In this document: in pieces, positions 1 to 9,760 of the stretch
Layout: every line of letters starts with the position of its first letter
Numbering within the stretch: the first letter of the stretch is position 1
NCBI GenBank assembly: GCA_963422525.1
Contig: OY730226.1
Coordinates: 958,453-1,022,452, forward strand
Length of the DNA stretch: 64,000 nucleotides
Direction of reading: 5' to 3'
Source: Dehalococcoidia bacterium
GTDB lineage: Bacteria > Chloroflexota > Dehalococcoidia > Lucifugimonadales > JADFKI01
Translations under genes and position numbers: made by a program
Notes under the pieces: generated by a model
Database searches by the model: none
What the model saw: only the letters and a program-made list of their open reading frames with translations
Told to the model about the DNA's origin: nothing

Positions 1-1098
1 CCGCAAATCATAGAGGTCGAGAGGATAGTGGAGAAAGCCGTTCCCGTAGAAACGGTGCGGGAGGTAGTCAAGGAGGTGCCTGTTGAAAAACAGGTTGTGG
101 TCGAGAAAGAGATAATCAGGGAAGTGCCGGTCGAGCGCGTGGTTGAGGTCGTGCGCGACAGGGACCCTGGCTCACTCATCATCTATTCGGGCAGAAGCGA
201 ATCGCTGGTCGCGCCTATCATCGAGCAGTTTGAAGAGGTTAGCGGCATCAATGTCGCCGTCAAGTACGGCAAGACGGGGGAAATTGCGGCAACGCTGCTG
301 GAGGAAGGCGACAACTCGCCGGCGGATGTGTTCTTCGCACAAGACCCGGGCGGGCTTGGCGAGGTCGCCAATGCGGGTATGATGATGACGCTGCCTACGA
401 GCATCATGGATAAGGTGCCCGCATGGGCGCGCTCCCCGCAGAGCGAATGGGTTGGCATATCGGGCAGGGCGCGCGTGGTCGTTTACAATACCGACAGCCT
501 TACTACCGACCAACTGCCGACATCCATGGAAGACTTCACGAAGCCGGAATGGAAGGGACGCATCGGCTGGGCGCCGACTAGCAGCTCGTTTCAGGCTATG
601 GTGACCGCGATGCGCGTCGTTTGGGGCGAAGACAGGACGCGTGAATGGCTGCTTGGCATTCAGAGGAATGAGCCGACAGTCTATCCTAAGAACACGCCAA
701 CTGTCGCCGCTACCGCTGCCGGCGAGGTGGATGTCGGGTTCGTCAACCACTACTATCTGCATCGCTTTATCGCCGAAGAGGGCGAAGACTTTGCGGCGCG
801 CAACTACCATGTGGCAACCGGCGGGCCCGGCGGCGTTATTCTGGTAGCGGGCGGCGGCATCCTCAAATCGGCGGAGAACAAGGATAACGCCGAGCGTTTC
901 TTCAATTTCATGCTGTCCAAGGTGGCGCAGCAGTACTTCGCCGGCCAGACCTTCGAGTATCCTCTGGTCGAGGGTGTGCGCACAAACCGCATACTCACGC
1001 CGCTCGACGAAATCAACAACCCTGACATAGACATGGCGTCGCTGGATGACCTATCGGGCACGCAAATGCTGCTACGCGACCTCGGTATCCTGGACTAG
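1..1098 (+). CDS. Iron(III) ABC transporter substrate-binding protein, 5' end probably outside the window
   Basis: The frame of ORF 28..1098 stays open back to nt 1. The body (SLIIYSGRSESLVAPII, GRIGWAPTSSSFQAMV, VGFVNHYY) looks like FbpA/AfuA/FutA-type iron-binding proteins. The matching permease and ATPase genes lie downstream. No signal peptide is seen within the window. Confidence 0.75.
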   Translation, partial: PQIIEVERIVEKAVPVETVREVVKEVPVEKQVVVEKEIIREVPVERVVEVVRDRDPGSLIIYSGRSESLVAPIIEQFEEVSGINVAVKYGKTGEIAATLLEEGDNSPADVFFAQDPGGLGEVANAGMMMTLPTSIMDKVPAWARSPQSEWVGISGRARVVVYNTDSLTTDQLPTSMEDFTKPEWKGRIGWAPTSSSFQAMVTAMRVVWGEDRTREWLLGIQRNEPTVYPKNTPTVAATAAGEVDVGFVNHYYLHRFIAEEGEDFAARNYHVATGGPGGVILVAGGGILKSAENKDNAERFFNFMLSKVAQQYFAGQTFEYPLVEGVRTNRILTPLDEINNPDIDMASLDDLSGTQMLLRDLGILD

Positions 1099-1218
1099 CC
1101 TGCGTTACGAAGCGCCTTCCCAGAGAACGGTTAGCCTATGGAATCATGCCCTTGAACGGAGCGCCAACAAGTGACGACGCACTGGCGTCGAGCCAAAACG
1201 ATAGAATAGAATACTCAG

Positions 1219-2865
1219 ATGGTGGCAATCGAGAAATTCTCGCATAGTATTGGCGCCGCTGGCTGGGCGTTAATCGCAGGCCGGCGGCGTCCACTATTGC
1301 TGCCCCCCATGACGGTACTGATTCCCGCTCTGTTGGTCGGAGCGGCGATGGCTTTGCCTGTGGTCTATCTGCTCATCAGGGGGGCGAGCGCGAGCGATCA
1401 AGCGTGGGACTTGCTGTTCCGAGTTCGCACTTTGCAGACGCTTGGCCGCACGCTGCTGCTCATCGTCTGCGTTACGACGCTGTCTGCCGTGATCGCCGTG
1501 CCGTTCGCTTGGCTCACCGTCAGATCAGACTTGCCACTTCGCAGGGCGTGGACTGTGCTTGCGACGCTGCCACTGGTGATTCCCAGCTTCGTGGGGGCAT
1601 TCCTGTACATCTCTGCGCTAGGCCCGAAGGGGCTGCTGCAATCCGCGCTTGAGGGCGCGTTCGGTGTTGAGCGCCTGCCGGACATGTATGGTCTGCTGGG
1701 CGCGACCTTCGTGCTCACGCTGCTGAGCTACCCATACCTGTTCCTCACGGTGCGCGGCTCCATCGCCAACCTCGACCCGTCCACAGAAGAAGCGGCGCGC
1801 GGCTTGGGGCATGGGGTCTGGGGTACGTTCTTTCGGGTTACGCTTCCACAGCTGAAACCTTCGATTGCTGCCGGCTCGTTGCTGGTCGCGCTCTATACGC
1901 TGAGCGAGTTCGGCGCTGTTGCGTTGCTGCGGTATAACACCTTCACCTTCACCATATACCAGCAGTACGAAGGCTCTATTGACCGCTCCGTCGCAGCTTT
2001 GTTGTCGTTTGCGCTGGCGCTGATGGCAGTCATAATCCTGCTGCTGGAAAGCTACACGCGAGGACGCGGGCGATACTATCGCGTCGGCGCGGGTTCGGCG
2101 CGCAAGCCGGCGGTTGCCGGATTGGGGCGCTGGAAGTGGCTTGCGATAGGGGCATTCTCCATCGTGTTAGGGCTGGCGCTTGCGCTGCCGATTGGCGTGT
2201 TGATGTTCTGGCTGGCGCGCGGACTTGGCGCAGGCGAGCCTTTGCTGCTGCTTTGGAGCGCCACGCGGAATTCGTTGCTTGTGTCGGGAGCGGCGGCGCT
2301 GGTTACGGTCGCTATGTCCATAGCTATGGCGGCGCTGCTGGTGCGCTATCCGACAAGGTTAAACCGCGTGCTGGAGCCTATCAGTTTCACCGGCTATGCC
2401 CTGCCCGGCGTCGTAGTAGCGCTTGCGTTGGTCTTCTTCGGCGCTCGATACGCCAGGCCGCTCTACCAAACGCACTGGCTTCTTATATTCGCCTACGCCG
2501 TCCTGTTCTTCCCGGTTGCGCTCGGCTCAGTGCGCTCCGCACTGCTGCAAATCAGCCCGCGCCTCGAGGATGCAGCACGCAGTCTAGGGCACAACCCGAT
2601 GCGCGTAATACAGCGGGTTACACTGCCCCTGATGCGATCCGGTGTGATGATGGGCGCAGCGCTCGTGTTTCTGCTGACGATGAAGGAGCTGCCGGCAACG
2701 CTGATACTGGGTCCCTTCGGATTCAAAACGCTCGCCACAGCCGTCTGGTCGGCATCCTCTGAAGCATTCTTCGCGCAGGCGGCAGCGCCGGCGCTTATGA
2801 TTATCCTGATGTCTTCCGTGCCAATGACGTTGCTCGTGCTAAAAGAAAGGAAAGCGCTGACATGA
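1219..2865 (+). CDS. Iron ABC transporter permease, fused double-domain FbpB/AfuB type
   Basis: 548 aa and strongly hydrophobic. It has two tandem permease halves, each with an EAA-type loop (EEAARGLGHGVWGTFFRVTLP and EDAARSLGHNPMRVIQRVTLP). Confidence 0.85.
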   Translation: MVAIEKFSHSIGAAGWALIAGRRRPLLLPPMTVLIPALLVGAAMALPVVYLLIRGASASDQAWDLLFRVRTLQTLGRTLLLIVCVTTLSAVIAVPFAWLTVRSDLPLRRAWTVLATLPLVIPSFVGAFLYISALGPKGLLQSALEGAFGVERLPDMYGLLGATFVLTLLSYPYLFLTVRGSIANLDPSTEEAARGLGHGVWGTFFRVTLPQLKPSIAAGSLLVALYTLSEFGAVALLRYNTFTFTIYQQYEGSIDRSVAALLSFALALMAVIILLLESYTRGRGRYYRVGAGSARKPAVAGLGRWKWLAIGAFSIVLGLALALPIGVLMFWLARGLGAGEPLLLLWSATRNSLLVSGAAALVTVAMSIAMAALLVRYPTRLNRVLEPISFTGYALPGVVVALALVFFGARYARPLYQTHWLLIFAYAVLFFPVALGSVRSALLQISPRLEDAARSLGHNPMRVIQRVTLPLMRSGVMMGAALVFLLTMKELPATLILGPFGFKTLATAVWSASSEAFFAQAAAPALMIILMSSVPMTLLVLKERKALT

Positions 2866-3587
2866 ACAAACCGCCCCAGACATCTCCCGACACCGCTTCG
2901 AACGCCGCTGCCCCCAGAGCGGGACTTCTTCTCATACTCACTGCGATACTCACCATCGTCGCGGTCGTCGGACGAGTCGCCGCAGACGCAGACCAGCCTA
3001 CGCTTATCCAATCGCTTGCCGCCATCTCAGAGAACCCATTTGCCTACGGCATAGGAGGATTAGCGCGCCTCGCATCGGGCTTGACTCTGGTGGTGGGCGC
3101 GTTCCTGCTGCTGAGAACATGGATTATCCGCCAGCGATACGGAACGCCGCTGGCGCCTTGGCTGTTCATAATATCGGGCATATTCACGGCAGTATCGGGC
3201 GCATGCGCGCTCGCCCTAGTGGCATCAGCGCCTACTTCGGTTGCGCTCGGTTCAGCAGACTCTATCGCGGAAACAACAGCGTCGCTGCGATGGATTGCGG
3301 GTAAGGCGGGCTTCACAATGGCAGGGTTGGCGCTGATTGTCGCAGCGCGCTATCAGTGGATGGCTGGCGCAACTCTGAGGCGCATCGCACCCATATCCGC
3401 ACTGCTCGGCATCGCAATGCAGCTTATCTGGGCGCCGGCGCTGAGCATCGTTCACCAAGCCGCGGGCGCGCTGTTCGTCTTATGGCTGCTGGTAATAGGT
3501 ATTATGCTTCTCACCGGCAGAGTAGAGCGCCACTTCGCCACAATGGTTGCATCGTCTTCATCGGACGAGGAAGAGACTTCGGCGTGA
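2862..3587 (+). CDS. Hypothetical polytopic membrane protein embedded in the iron ABC operon
   Basis: 241 aa with several hydrophobic spans. The ATG overlaps the permease stop (ATGA), and its own stop overlaps the GTG of the ATPase gene (GTGA). I recognise no family motif. Confidence 0.55.
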   Translation: MNKPPQTSPDTASNAAAPRAGLLLILTAILTIVAVVGRVAADADQPTLIQSLAAISENPFAYGIGGLARLASGLTLVVGAFLLLRTWIIRQRYGTPLAPWLFIISGIFTAVSGACALALVASAPTSVALGSADSIAETTASLRWIAGKAGFTMAGLALIVAARYQWMAGATLRRIAPISALLGIAMQLIWAPALSIVHQAAGALFVLWLLVIGIMLLTGRVERHFATMVASSSSDEEETSA

Positions 3588-4636
3588 GCCGCCCGCTAAT
3601 CGAGTGCATCGGCGCAACAAAGAGCTTCGGCGATGTCCTCGCCGTGGATGATGTGAACTTTCATCTTATGCCGGGCGAGGTTCTGTCTATACTAGGAGCA
3701 AGCGGCTGCGGCAAAACATCGCTGCTTCGTCTTATCGCAGGCTTCGAGACGCTCGACAGCGGTCAGATACGCATAGAGCCGGGCATCGTGTCAGACGCTG
3801 AACATCATACCCCGCCGGAGCGTAGGAACATAGGCATGGTGTTTCAGGAGTACGCGCTGTTCCCTCACCTGACCGTAGCGCGCAATGTCGCCTTCGGGCT
3901 TCGCGGCATGCCGAGAAGCGAGCAGCGCCGCTGTACACAGGATGCGCTGGAGTTGGTGCGGCTTACGGGACTTGAAGCGCGCTATCCACATGAGCTTTCA
4001 GGTGGGCAGCAGCAGCGCGTGGCGCTTGCGCGAACGCTTGCGCCCTCTCCGATTGCGGCGCTGCTCGATGAACCGTTTAGCAACCTTGACGCCGGCATGC
4101 GTCAGGATGTGCGGCAAGAGGTGGCGACGATACTGCGCGACAAGGGTATCGCCGCCATATTCGTTACGCACGATAGGGAGGAGGCGTTTGCGTTCGCCGA
4201 CCGGGTGGGCGTGATGAGCGAAGGGCGGCTCGAACAGATTGATACGCCGGAGGCGCTGTATAGAACGCCTGCGAACCTTGAAGTGGCGCGAATTGTAGGG
4301 GAGTGCGATTTTCTGACAGGGATTGCCCGCGGTGATGCCGCCGAAACCGACATCGGCATGCTGCCGTACATCTGCGCTGACGGGCGGATGGCGGACGGCG
4401 CGACGCTGCTGCTGATGGTGCGTCCGCAAGATATGCGCATAGAAGCGGACGAATCGGGCATCTGCACGCTGGCAGCTATGGAGTATCGCGGCGGCGAGAC
4501 GATGTTGCTAGTGAACACGCCGGGGGGCGCAACGCTGCGTTGCCGGCAGCTCAACTATTCCAACCTGGGCAAGGGCGCGCGAGTAACTATCAGCCCCAAA
4601 ACCACAACCTCTTTCCTAGCTTTCCTCGTCGCATAA
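3584..4636 (+). CDS. ABC transporter ATP-binding protein, FbpC-like
   Basis: Walker A GASGCGKTS, signature LSGGQQQRVALAR and Walker B LLDEPFSNLD are present, with a C-terminal TOBE-like tail. I start it at the in-frame GTG 3584, because the ORF-track extension back to 3356 overlaps the upstream gene and has Arg-rich junk composition. Confidence 0.88.
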   Translation: MSRPLIECIGATKSFGDVLAVDDVNFHLMPGEVLSILGASGCGKTSLLRLIAGFETLDSGQIRIEPGIVSDAEHHTPPERRNIGMVFQEYALFPHLTVARNVAFGLRGMPRSEQRRCTQDALELVRLTGLEARYPHELSGGQQQRVALARTLAPSPIAALLDEPFSNLDAGMRQDVRQEVATILRDKGIAAIFVTHDREEAFAFADRVGVMSEGRLEQIDTPEALYRTPANLEVARIVGECDFLTGIARGDAAETDIGMLPYICADGRMADGATLLLMVRPQDMRIEADESGICTLAAMEYRGGETMLLVNTPGGATLRCRQLNYSNLGKGARVTISPKTTTSFLAFLVA

Positions 4637-4685
4637 ACCCACACGCTTGCTTCCTCTATCCTGTGCATCCTGTCGGCTCGCGTGA

Positions 4686-4715
4686 TTGACTTGATGCGCG
4701 GCGAAGTGTTAATCT
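4686..4715 (+). promoter_or_regulatory. Possible sigma70 promoter upstream of the DtxR-family regulator gene
   Basis: TTGACT (4686-4691), then an 18-nt spacer ending in TGT (extended -10), then TAATCT (4710-4715), about 35 nt upstream of the ATG at 4750. This is a motif match only. Confidence 0.3.
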
Positions 4716-4749
4716 CGAACCATAACGGCACACTGATTGGTGCATCCTA

Positions 4750-5481
4750 ATGGCAAAATCCAACCCCAAAACCGACACACTGCCGCTGTCCCGACAGCGC
4801 CTTTCCATGACAGCGGAGAACTACCTGCTGTCCATCTACCGGCTGAATGAAGAGGACACGGTGGTTACGCTCACGCAGCTTGCCGAGCACTTGAAAATGC
4901 TGCCGGAGGGCGAAGGCTTGGGCACTTCGTTGCCGACGGTGGGCGGCATGATACGCCGGTTGGAGCGCGAAGGACTGCTCGCCGTCGATTCCAAGAAGCA
5001 GCTTTCCCTAACCAGAAAAGGCGTGAGGCACGCAGAGAGCATCGTGCGGCGGCATCGCCTCGCCGAGCGCATGGTCGTGGATATGTTCGATGTTGAGCTG
5101 CACCGCGCTCATATCGAGGCGCACCTGCTGGAGCACGCCATATCCCCTTATCTCGAAGAGCGGATCATGGACAAGTTGGGCATGCCTACGACATCGCCAT
5201 TCGGGTATCCTATACCCGGCACCGACTATGCGCACAAGAAGCCTTCGTTTCGGCTGAACGAGGCAAAAGCGGGGCAGTGCATGGAGATTGACAAAATCCC
5301 GGTGGACGATGAGGTGCTGTTGGAGCATCTCGTCCAAAATCAGGTCATCCCCGGCAACGCCATATGTGTCAACGAGATAAACACCTCAACAGGTATTATT
5401 TCGTTCAAATGCATGGACAAGGATGTGGTTGTCGGCTATCAGGTGGGGCAGTTTATCTGGGTGTGTTCGTCCGACGCATAG
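4750..5481 (+). CDS. DtxR/MntR/IdeR-family metal-dependent transcriptional regulator with a C-terminal FeoA/SH3-like domain
   Basis: N-terminal winged helix (ENYLLSIYRL...LTQLAEHL) and a metal-binding/dimerisation region (HRLAERMVVDMF...AHIEAHLLEHAIS), with a C-terminal tail of about 70 aa. It sits next to the iron transporter. Confidence 0.85.
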   Translation: MAKSNPKTDTLPLSRQRLSMTAENYLLSIYRLNEEDTVVTLTQLAEHLKMLPEGEGLGTSLPTVGGMIRRLEREGLLAVDSKKQLSLTRKGVRHAESIVRRHRLAERMVVDMFDVELHRAHIEAHLLEHAISPYLEERIMDKLGMPTTSPFGYPIPGTDYAHKKPSFRLNEAKAGQCMEIDKIPVDDEVLLEHLVQNQVIPGNAICVNEINTSTGIISFKCMDKDVVVGYQVGQFIWVCSSDA

Positions 5482-5519
5482 ACGGGATTTTTTCTGCCAG
5501 CCGCCGCCCTAACGTCCGC

Positions 5520-6131
5520 CTAGCTAACCGCTCGTGGTGAGCCTGCCGAACTACATGTCGGCAAATCAGCGCTGTCTTCAAGAGCGCCCAACGCCGTCAT
5601 CTGATTCCGCGTAAGCCTTATGAATGGGCGCGCCGTTCGTATAAGGGCGAGCGCGTCGTCCAGGCTATGCCCGCGACTGATGAGGTATGCCGCCGCCATC
5701 GTTGGCGCGCGTCCCACGCCTGCGGAGCAGTGGATATATACCTTGCCGCCCTCCGCTATTGCGCTATCTATGAAGGCTATGCCCTCGTTGAGGCGCGCCG
5801 GCGATGGCGCATGGTCATCCGTCGTTGGCAAGTGGCAGTATCTTTTGTGCGTGGCTGTCGCGCTGAGTGTCAGTCCGTGCGCCGCGTCGTCGAACTCGGA
5901 GCGCATGTTCACTATGTGCGTGATGCCCGCCTGAAGCAGCGCGCGCTTGCCGCTCCTGCGATGCTGCGGCCCGACATATAGCGATGGCGTTACGTGGCTG
6001 TATGTCAGCATCGGCACGCCCGTGATGTATGGTATGCCCCTGGCGTATGCCCACAGCGCGGTCGTGCGAACACCCTGAGTGCGAAGGCGGCCGCTCACGG
6101 TGCGCACGCCCTTGCCCAGCGCCTTCAGCAA
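5520..6131 (-). CDS. Dual-specificity / tyrosine protein phosphatase family protein
   Basis: CX5R P-loop [11 protein letters not shown], with an upstream LYVGP...GITHIVNM motif typical of the DSP fold. Confidence 0.8.
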   Translation of the reverse strand: MLKALGKGVRTVSGRLRTQGVRTTALWAYARGIPYITGVPMLTYSHVTPSLYVGPQHRRSGKRALLQAGITHIVNMRSEFDDAAHGLTLSATATHKRYCHLPTTDDHAPSPARLNEGIAFIDSAIAEGGKVYIHCSAGVGRAPTMAAAYLISRGHSLDDALALIRTARPFIRLTRNQMTALGALEDSADLPTCSSAGSPRAVS

Positions 6132-6406
6132 GGCGTCGGCTCATAGTCCGATGCGCTTTCGGCGAGGAAGCGCATCTGCTCGCCATGCGCCGTGCGTATG
6201 CGCGTGATTCGAAGCTCAGCCGATGCGAGCGCTTCGCTGCACATACGCGCGAGATTTATCCCCTCTTCATAGAGACGCGTTGCCTCTTCGAGCGACAGCC
6301 CGCCCGACTCCAACGCATGCACTGTGCTGTCCAGGCGCTCCAACGCCTGCTCGAAGGTCAGTTCGCCAAACTCTTTGTTGCGCTCGTTGGCGTTAGTGTC
6401 CGTCAT
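6125..6406 (-). CDS. xseB: Exodeoxyribonuclease VII small subunit
   Basis: 93 aa, with [34 protein letters not shown] typical of XseB. It overlaps the xseA stop by 4 nt. Confidence 0.9.
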   Translation of the reverse strand: MTDTNANERNKEFGELTFEQALERLDSTVHALESGGLSLEEATRLYEEGINLARMCSEALASAELRITRIRTAHGEQMRFLAESASDYEPTPC

Positions 6407-7611
6407 CGTTGCTCCCGCTGCCCCTGTTCCGTGGATGTAACTTTCGCCTCTATCATACCGCGCGTTAGCGTAATATCTACTACATCGCCGCCGTCAACCT
6501 GTGTATGCTCGCTTACTACGCCGCCGTCGCTGCGCCGTTGCACTATGGCATAACCGCGCCGCAGCGTGTCGCGCGGGCTGAGTGAGTCTAGCCGCAGCTT
6601 CAAACCTTGCGCGCGCTCTGAGTTCAGCGTGAGCATGTGCCTGAGCAATCTTCGCGCGCTTGTGAGCCGGTCGTCTATGTGCAACCGCATCCTGTCGAGG
6701 TCGGGGACCGCGCCCTGGAGACGCCTGTCGAGCTGCCTTGTAGCGTCGATGCTCGCTGCGAGTTGGCGCGATATGTCGGCGTTCAGGCTCTGCGCTGCAC
6801 CGACAGCGAACGCCATCAGTTCAGCCCTGTCCGGCACGGTCAGCTCTGCCGCCGCCGATGGCGTAGGCGCGCGCAGGTCTGCCACCAGATCGGCGATAGT
6901 ATAGTCTGTTTCGTGGCCGACGGCGCTCACGACTGGCGCGGCGCAGGCGTATATCGCCCTCGCCACTTCTTCTTCGTTGAATGCCCATAGGTCTTCCAGC
7001 GAGCCACCGCCGCGCGCCACGATAACGATGCCCACATCGGGTTCGCTGCCGGCGGCGTTCAGCGCCTCGGCGATTGCGGGCGCGGCGTCCTCACCCTGCA
7101 CCGGAGCCGGCGCCAGCGCAAGCTCGACCAGCGGGTAGCGACGGCGTATCACATTCTGGATGTCGTGCCAAACGGAGCCACTTGGCGAGGTAACTACCGC
7201 AATCTTCTTGGGAAAGCGGGGCAGAGCGCGCTTGCGGGATTGCTCGAATAGCCCTTCCTGTTCCAGCTTCATCTTGAGCTGCTCCAGCTTCAGCTGAAGC
7301 TCGCCGACGCCCTCAGGCTGCGCAATGTCCGCAATGATTTGCAGGTCGCCGCGCTGCTCGTATATCGAGATGCGGCCGTGCAGAATTATCGCCGCGCCGT
7401 TATCCAGATGATCAGCGCCGCGCGAGTTGCGAAACATAACGCAGCGCAAAGTGGCTTTGCTGTCGCGGAGGCTGAAGTACGAGTGGCCGGAGCCGGGGCG
7501 CGCAAGGTTGGCGACTTCGCCGCTTACCCACATGTCCTGAAGCAGGCTGTCGCGTTCCAGCGTCTCCCTGGTGTATGACGAAATCTGTGAAACGGAGTAG
7601 ATTGGCGGCAT
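6403..7611 (-). CDS. xseA: Exodeoxyribonuclease VII large subunit
   Basis: 402 aa, with an N-terminal OB-fold region (VSGEVANL..GHSYFSLRD) and a central catalytic region (VVTSPSGSVWHDI, ARGGGSLEDLWAFN). It is followed by xseB. Confidence 0.92.
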   Translation of the reverse strand: MPPIYSVSQISSYTRETLERDSLLQDMWVSGEVANLARPGSGHSYFSLRDSKATLRCVMFRNSRGADHLDNGAAIILHGRISIYEQRGDLQIIADIAQPEGVGELQLKLEQLKMKLEQEGLFEQSRKRALPRFPKKIAVVTSPSGSVWHDIQNVIRRRYPLVELALAPAPVQGEDAAPAIAEALNAAGSEPDVGIVIVARGGGSLEDLWAFNEEEVARAIYACAAPVVSAVGHETDYTIADLVADLRAPTPSAAAELTVPDRAELMAFAVGAAQSLNADISRQLAASIDATRQLDRRLQGAVPDLDRMRLHIDDRLTSARRLLRHMLTLNSERAQGLKLRLDSLSPRDTLRRGYAIVQRRSDGGVVSEHTQVDGGDVVDITLTRGMIEAKVTSTEQGQREQR

Positions 7612-7614
7612 TGG

Positions 7615-8178
7615 CTATGCGCGCGAAAGGTATTGGCCTGTGCGCGTATCCACCTTTATTTTCTCGCCTTGGTTCACGAACAGAGGCACTTGCACCACCA
7701 GCCCCGTTTGAAGCGTTGCAGGCTTGGCGCCGCCCTGCGCCGTGTCGCCGCGCACGCCGGGAACGGTTTCGACGACCTCTAGGTTGACCGTGATAGGCAG
7801 CTCGATTGCGACGGGCGCTTCGCGGTAGAGCACCAAATCAACTTCAATCTGCTCAACTAAAAACTGCAAGGCGTCGGCTATCTGGTCATCGGATAGCGGA
7901 AACTGGTCGTAGGTTTCGGTGTCCATGAAATAGTAAAGGTTGTCGTCCTTGTAGATGTACTCCGCCGAGCGTCGTTCCACATCGGCAATCTTGAAGTCAA
8001 CGTCGTATCCGGAGAAAGAACGCTCGACCTGTCGCCCGGTGGTCAGTTCACGGAACTTGATGCGCATCGTCGGGGCGCGCTGCTGCATCTTGCGCTGTTC
8101 GTACTCAATAACGATGTAGGGCGCGTCGTCCATCTCAATCGCCATGCCCTTACGCAGCCCGCCATAGTTCACTGTCAT
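7615..8178 (-). CDS. efp: Translation elongation factor P
   Basis: 187 aa. The sequence is EF-P-like throughout, e.g. GDTAQGGAKPATLQTGLVVQVPLFVNQGEKIKVDTRTGQY. Confidence 0.95.
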   Translation of the reverse strand: MTVNYGGLRKGMAIEMDDAPYIVIEYEQRKMQQRAPTMRIKFRELTTGRQVERSFSGYDVDFKIADVERRSAEYIYKDDNLYYFMDTETYDQFPLSDDQIADALQFLVEQIEVDLVLYREAPVAIELPITVNLEVVETVPGVRGDTAQGGAKPATLQTGLVVQVPLFVNQGEKIKVDTRTGQYLSRA

Positions 8179-8218
8179 ATCCTATCCATCCTGTACCTCA
8201 TTGTTGAACCTAATGCTT

Positions 8219-9292
8219 TTACAATTTCTTCGCTTTGCTTATCACGCGGGCGCGGCCATTTTCCAGCGCCACGATGTCTTCGATGCGGACACCGCCCCAG
8301 CCCGGCAGGTATATGCCCGGCTCGATGGTGAACACCATCCCGTCTTCGAGCGTGTCTTCTTCCGCCGTTGGGCCGAGGTGCGGAAACTCATGGACGGCAA
8401 GACCGACGCCGTGCCCGAGGCTGTGCCCGAAGTCGTCGCCGTGTCCTGCGTCTGCGATGATGTCCCGCGCGATGGCGTCTGCATCCTTGCCGCTCATCCC
8501 CGCCGTAACCTGTTCTTCGGCGGCGAGCTGCGCTTGCAGCACGATGTCGTATATCTTGCGGAACTTATCATCAGGTTCGCCGACGAACACCGTGCGCGTC
8601 AAGTCGCTGCAATAGCCCTCGTACTTCGCCCCCATATCTATGACGATAGCGTCGCCCTGCTTGATGACGCTGTCGTCGGCTCGATGATGCGGCAGCGCGC
8701 CGTTGGGTCCCGCGCCTACGATGGTATCGAACGAAATCATCTCTGCGCCGCGCTCGCGCATCGCTTTTTCGAGCTCCCATGCGACCGCCTCTTCGGTAAC
8801 GCCCGGCTCTATTTGCGGCGCAACCTCGTCTATCGCCGCATCCGCAATCTCGATAGCCTTCGTCAGCAGCGCCAGCTCTTCGGCGTCCTTATACACTCTG
8901 AGTTCCTCGACGATGCCCTTTGTTGGCAGAAGTTCGGGGTGATTGGTCGTCTCTTCCTCTTCTGCCGCCTTGAGGAACGCCTCGTGAACCGAAACCGTCA
9001 TATCCGCACTCTCGAAGCCAACGCGCTTGACGCCGCACTCCGCCGTCCACTCCGGGAACCAGCCCAGTCCGCGCTGAATGCGCTGTATGCGAAAGTCCGG
9101 CGCCTGCTTGCCCGCCTGCTCGATATAGCGGAAGTCGGTCGCAAGCGTAGCTTCATCCCGCGATACGAGCAGCCAGCCGGCGGACCCGGTGAAGCCGGAC
9201 ATATAGCGTCTGTTCTCCGGCGACGATATGAGAATGGCGTCCAGTTCCTCTTCTTCGATTCGTTGGCGCAGCTTTTGAAGTTTGATGCTCAT
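8219..9292 (-). CDS. pepP: Xaa-Pro aminopeptidase / M24 family metallopeptidase
   Basis: M24 metal-ligand motifs are present (DMGAKYEGYCSD, HSLGHGVGLAVHEFP, FTIEPGIY, VRIED). It lies in the conserved aroQ-pepP-efp arrangement. Confidence 0.9.
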   Translation of the reverse strand: MSIKLQKLRQRIEEEELDAILISSPENRRYMSGFTGSAGWLLVSRDEATLATDFRYIEQAGKQAPDFRIQRIQRGLGWFPEWTAECGVKRVGFESADMTVSVHEAFLKAAEEEETTNHPELLPTKGIVEELRVYKDAEELALLTKAIEIADAAIDEVAPQIEPGVTEEAVAWELEKAMRERGAEMISFDTIVGAGPNGALPHHRADDSVIKQGDAIVIDMGAKYEGYCSDLTRTVFVGEPDDKFRKIYDIVLQAQLAAEEQVTAGMSGKDADAIARDIIADAGHGDDFGHSLGHGVGLAVHEFPHLGPTAEEDTLEDGMVFTIEPGIYLPGWGGVRIEDIVALENGRARVISKAKKL

Positions 9293-9735
9293 GCAATTCC
9301 TTCTCGTTTCAAATGGGTTGCGAGGTATTCGAGGGCGAACAGATAGCCCTGCCAGCCCAGCCCTGCAATCTGCCCCTGCGCAATGTCGGCGATGACGGAG
9401 TGGCGTCGGAACTCCTCACGGGCGTGGATGTTCGACAGGTGCACCTCCACGACGGGCAGCCGCGAGTCGACGAGCGCATCGCGCAGCGACAGCCCGTAGT
9501 GCGTGATTGCGCCCGCATTCACCACGATACCCTCCACATCAGGCGTCAGCCTTTGCAAGTAGTCCACCAGCGCCCCCTCATGGTTGGACTGGTAGAACTC
9601 CGTCTCCACCTCGATTTCGCGCCCCCGCTCCGCCACCAACTCTTCGATGTCCGCCAGCGTCTTTACGCCATAGTACGACTGCTCGCGCTTGCCCAGCATG
9701 TTCAGGTTGGGTCCGTTCAGGATGATGATTTTCAT
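9289..9735 (-). CDS. aroQ: Type II 3-dehydroquinate dehydratase
   Basis: MKIIILNGPNLNMLGKRE..YG and HLSNIHAREEFR motifs. I start it at the ATG at 9735, because the longer ORF-track start at 9795 would overlap the upstream gene. Confidence 0.92.
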   Translation of the reverse strand: MKIIILNGPNLNMLGKREQSYYGVKTLADIEELVAERGREIEVETEFYQSNHEGALVDYLQRLTPDVEGIVVNAGAITHYGLSLRDALVDSRLPVVEVHLSNIHAREEFRRHSVIADIAQGQIAGLGWQGYLFALEYLATHLKREGIA

Positions 9736-9760
9736 ATCGCCGCCGTTAGCCTCGCCGCCA

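Noticed and set aside
3356-3583. The N-terminal 76-codon extension of the ABC ATPase ORF.
   Set aside because: It lies entirely inside the upstream membrane-protein gene in another frame and has junk composition. An in-frame GTG at 3584 overlaps the upstream stop.
8201-9346. A 381-aa plus-strand ORF opposite pepP.
   Set aside because: It is an antisense shadow ORF of a GC-rich gene. It has Arg/Leu/Ala-rich junk composition and no motifs, while the minus-strand frame has clear M24 peptidase motifs. The same reasoning applies to 37056..37805(-), 38346..39398(-), 20435..20851(+) and 46867..47550(+).
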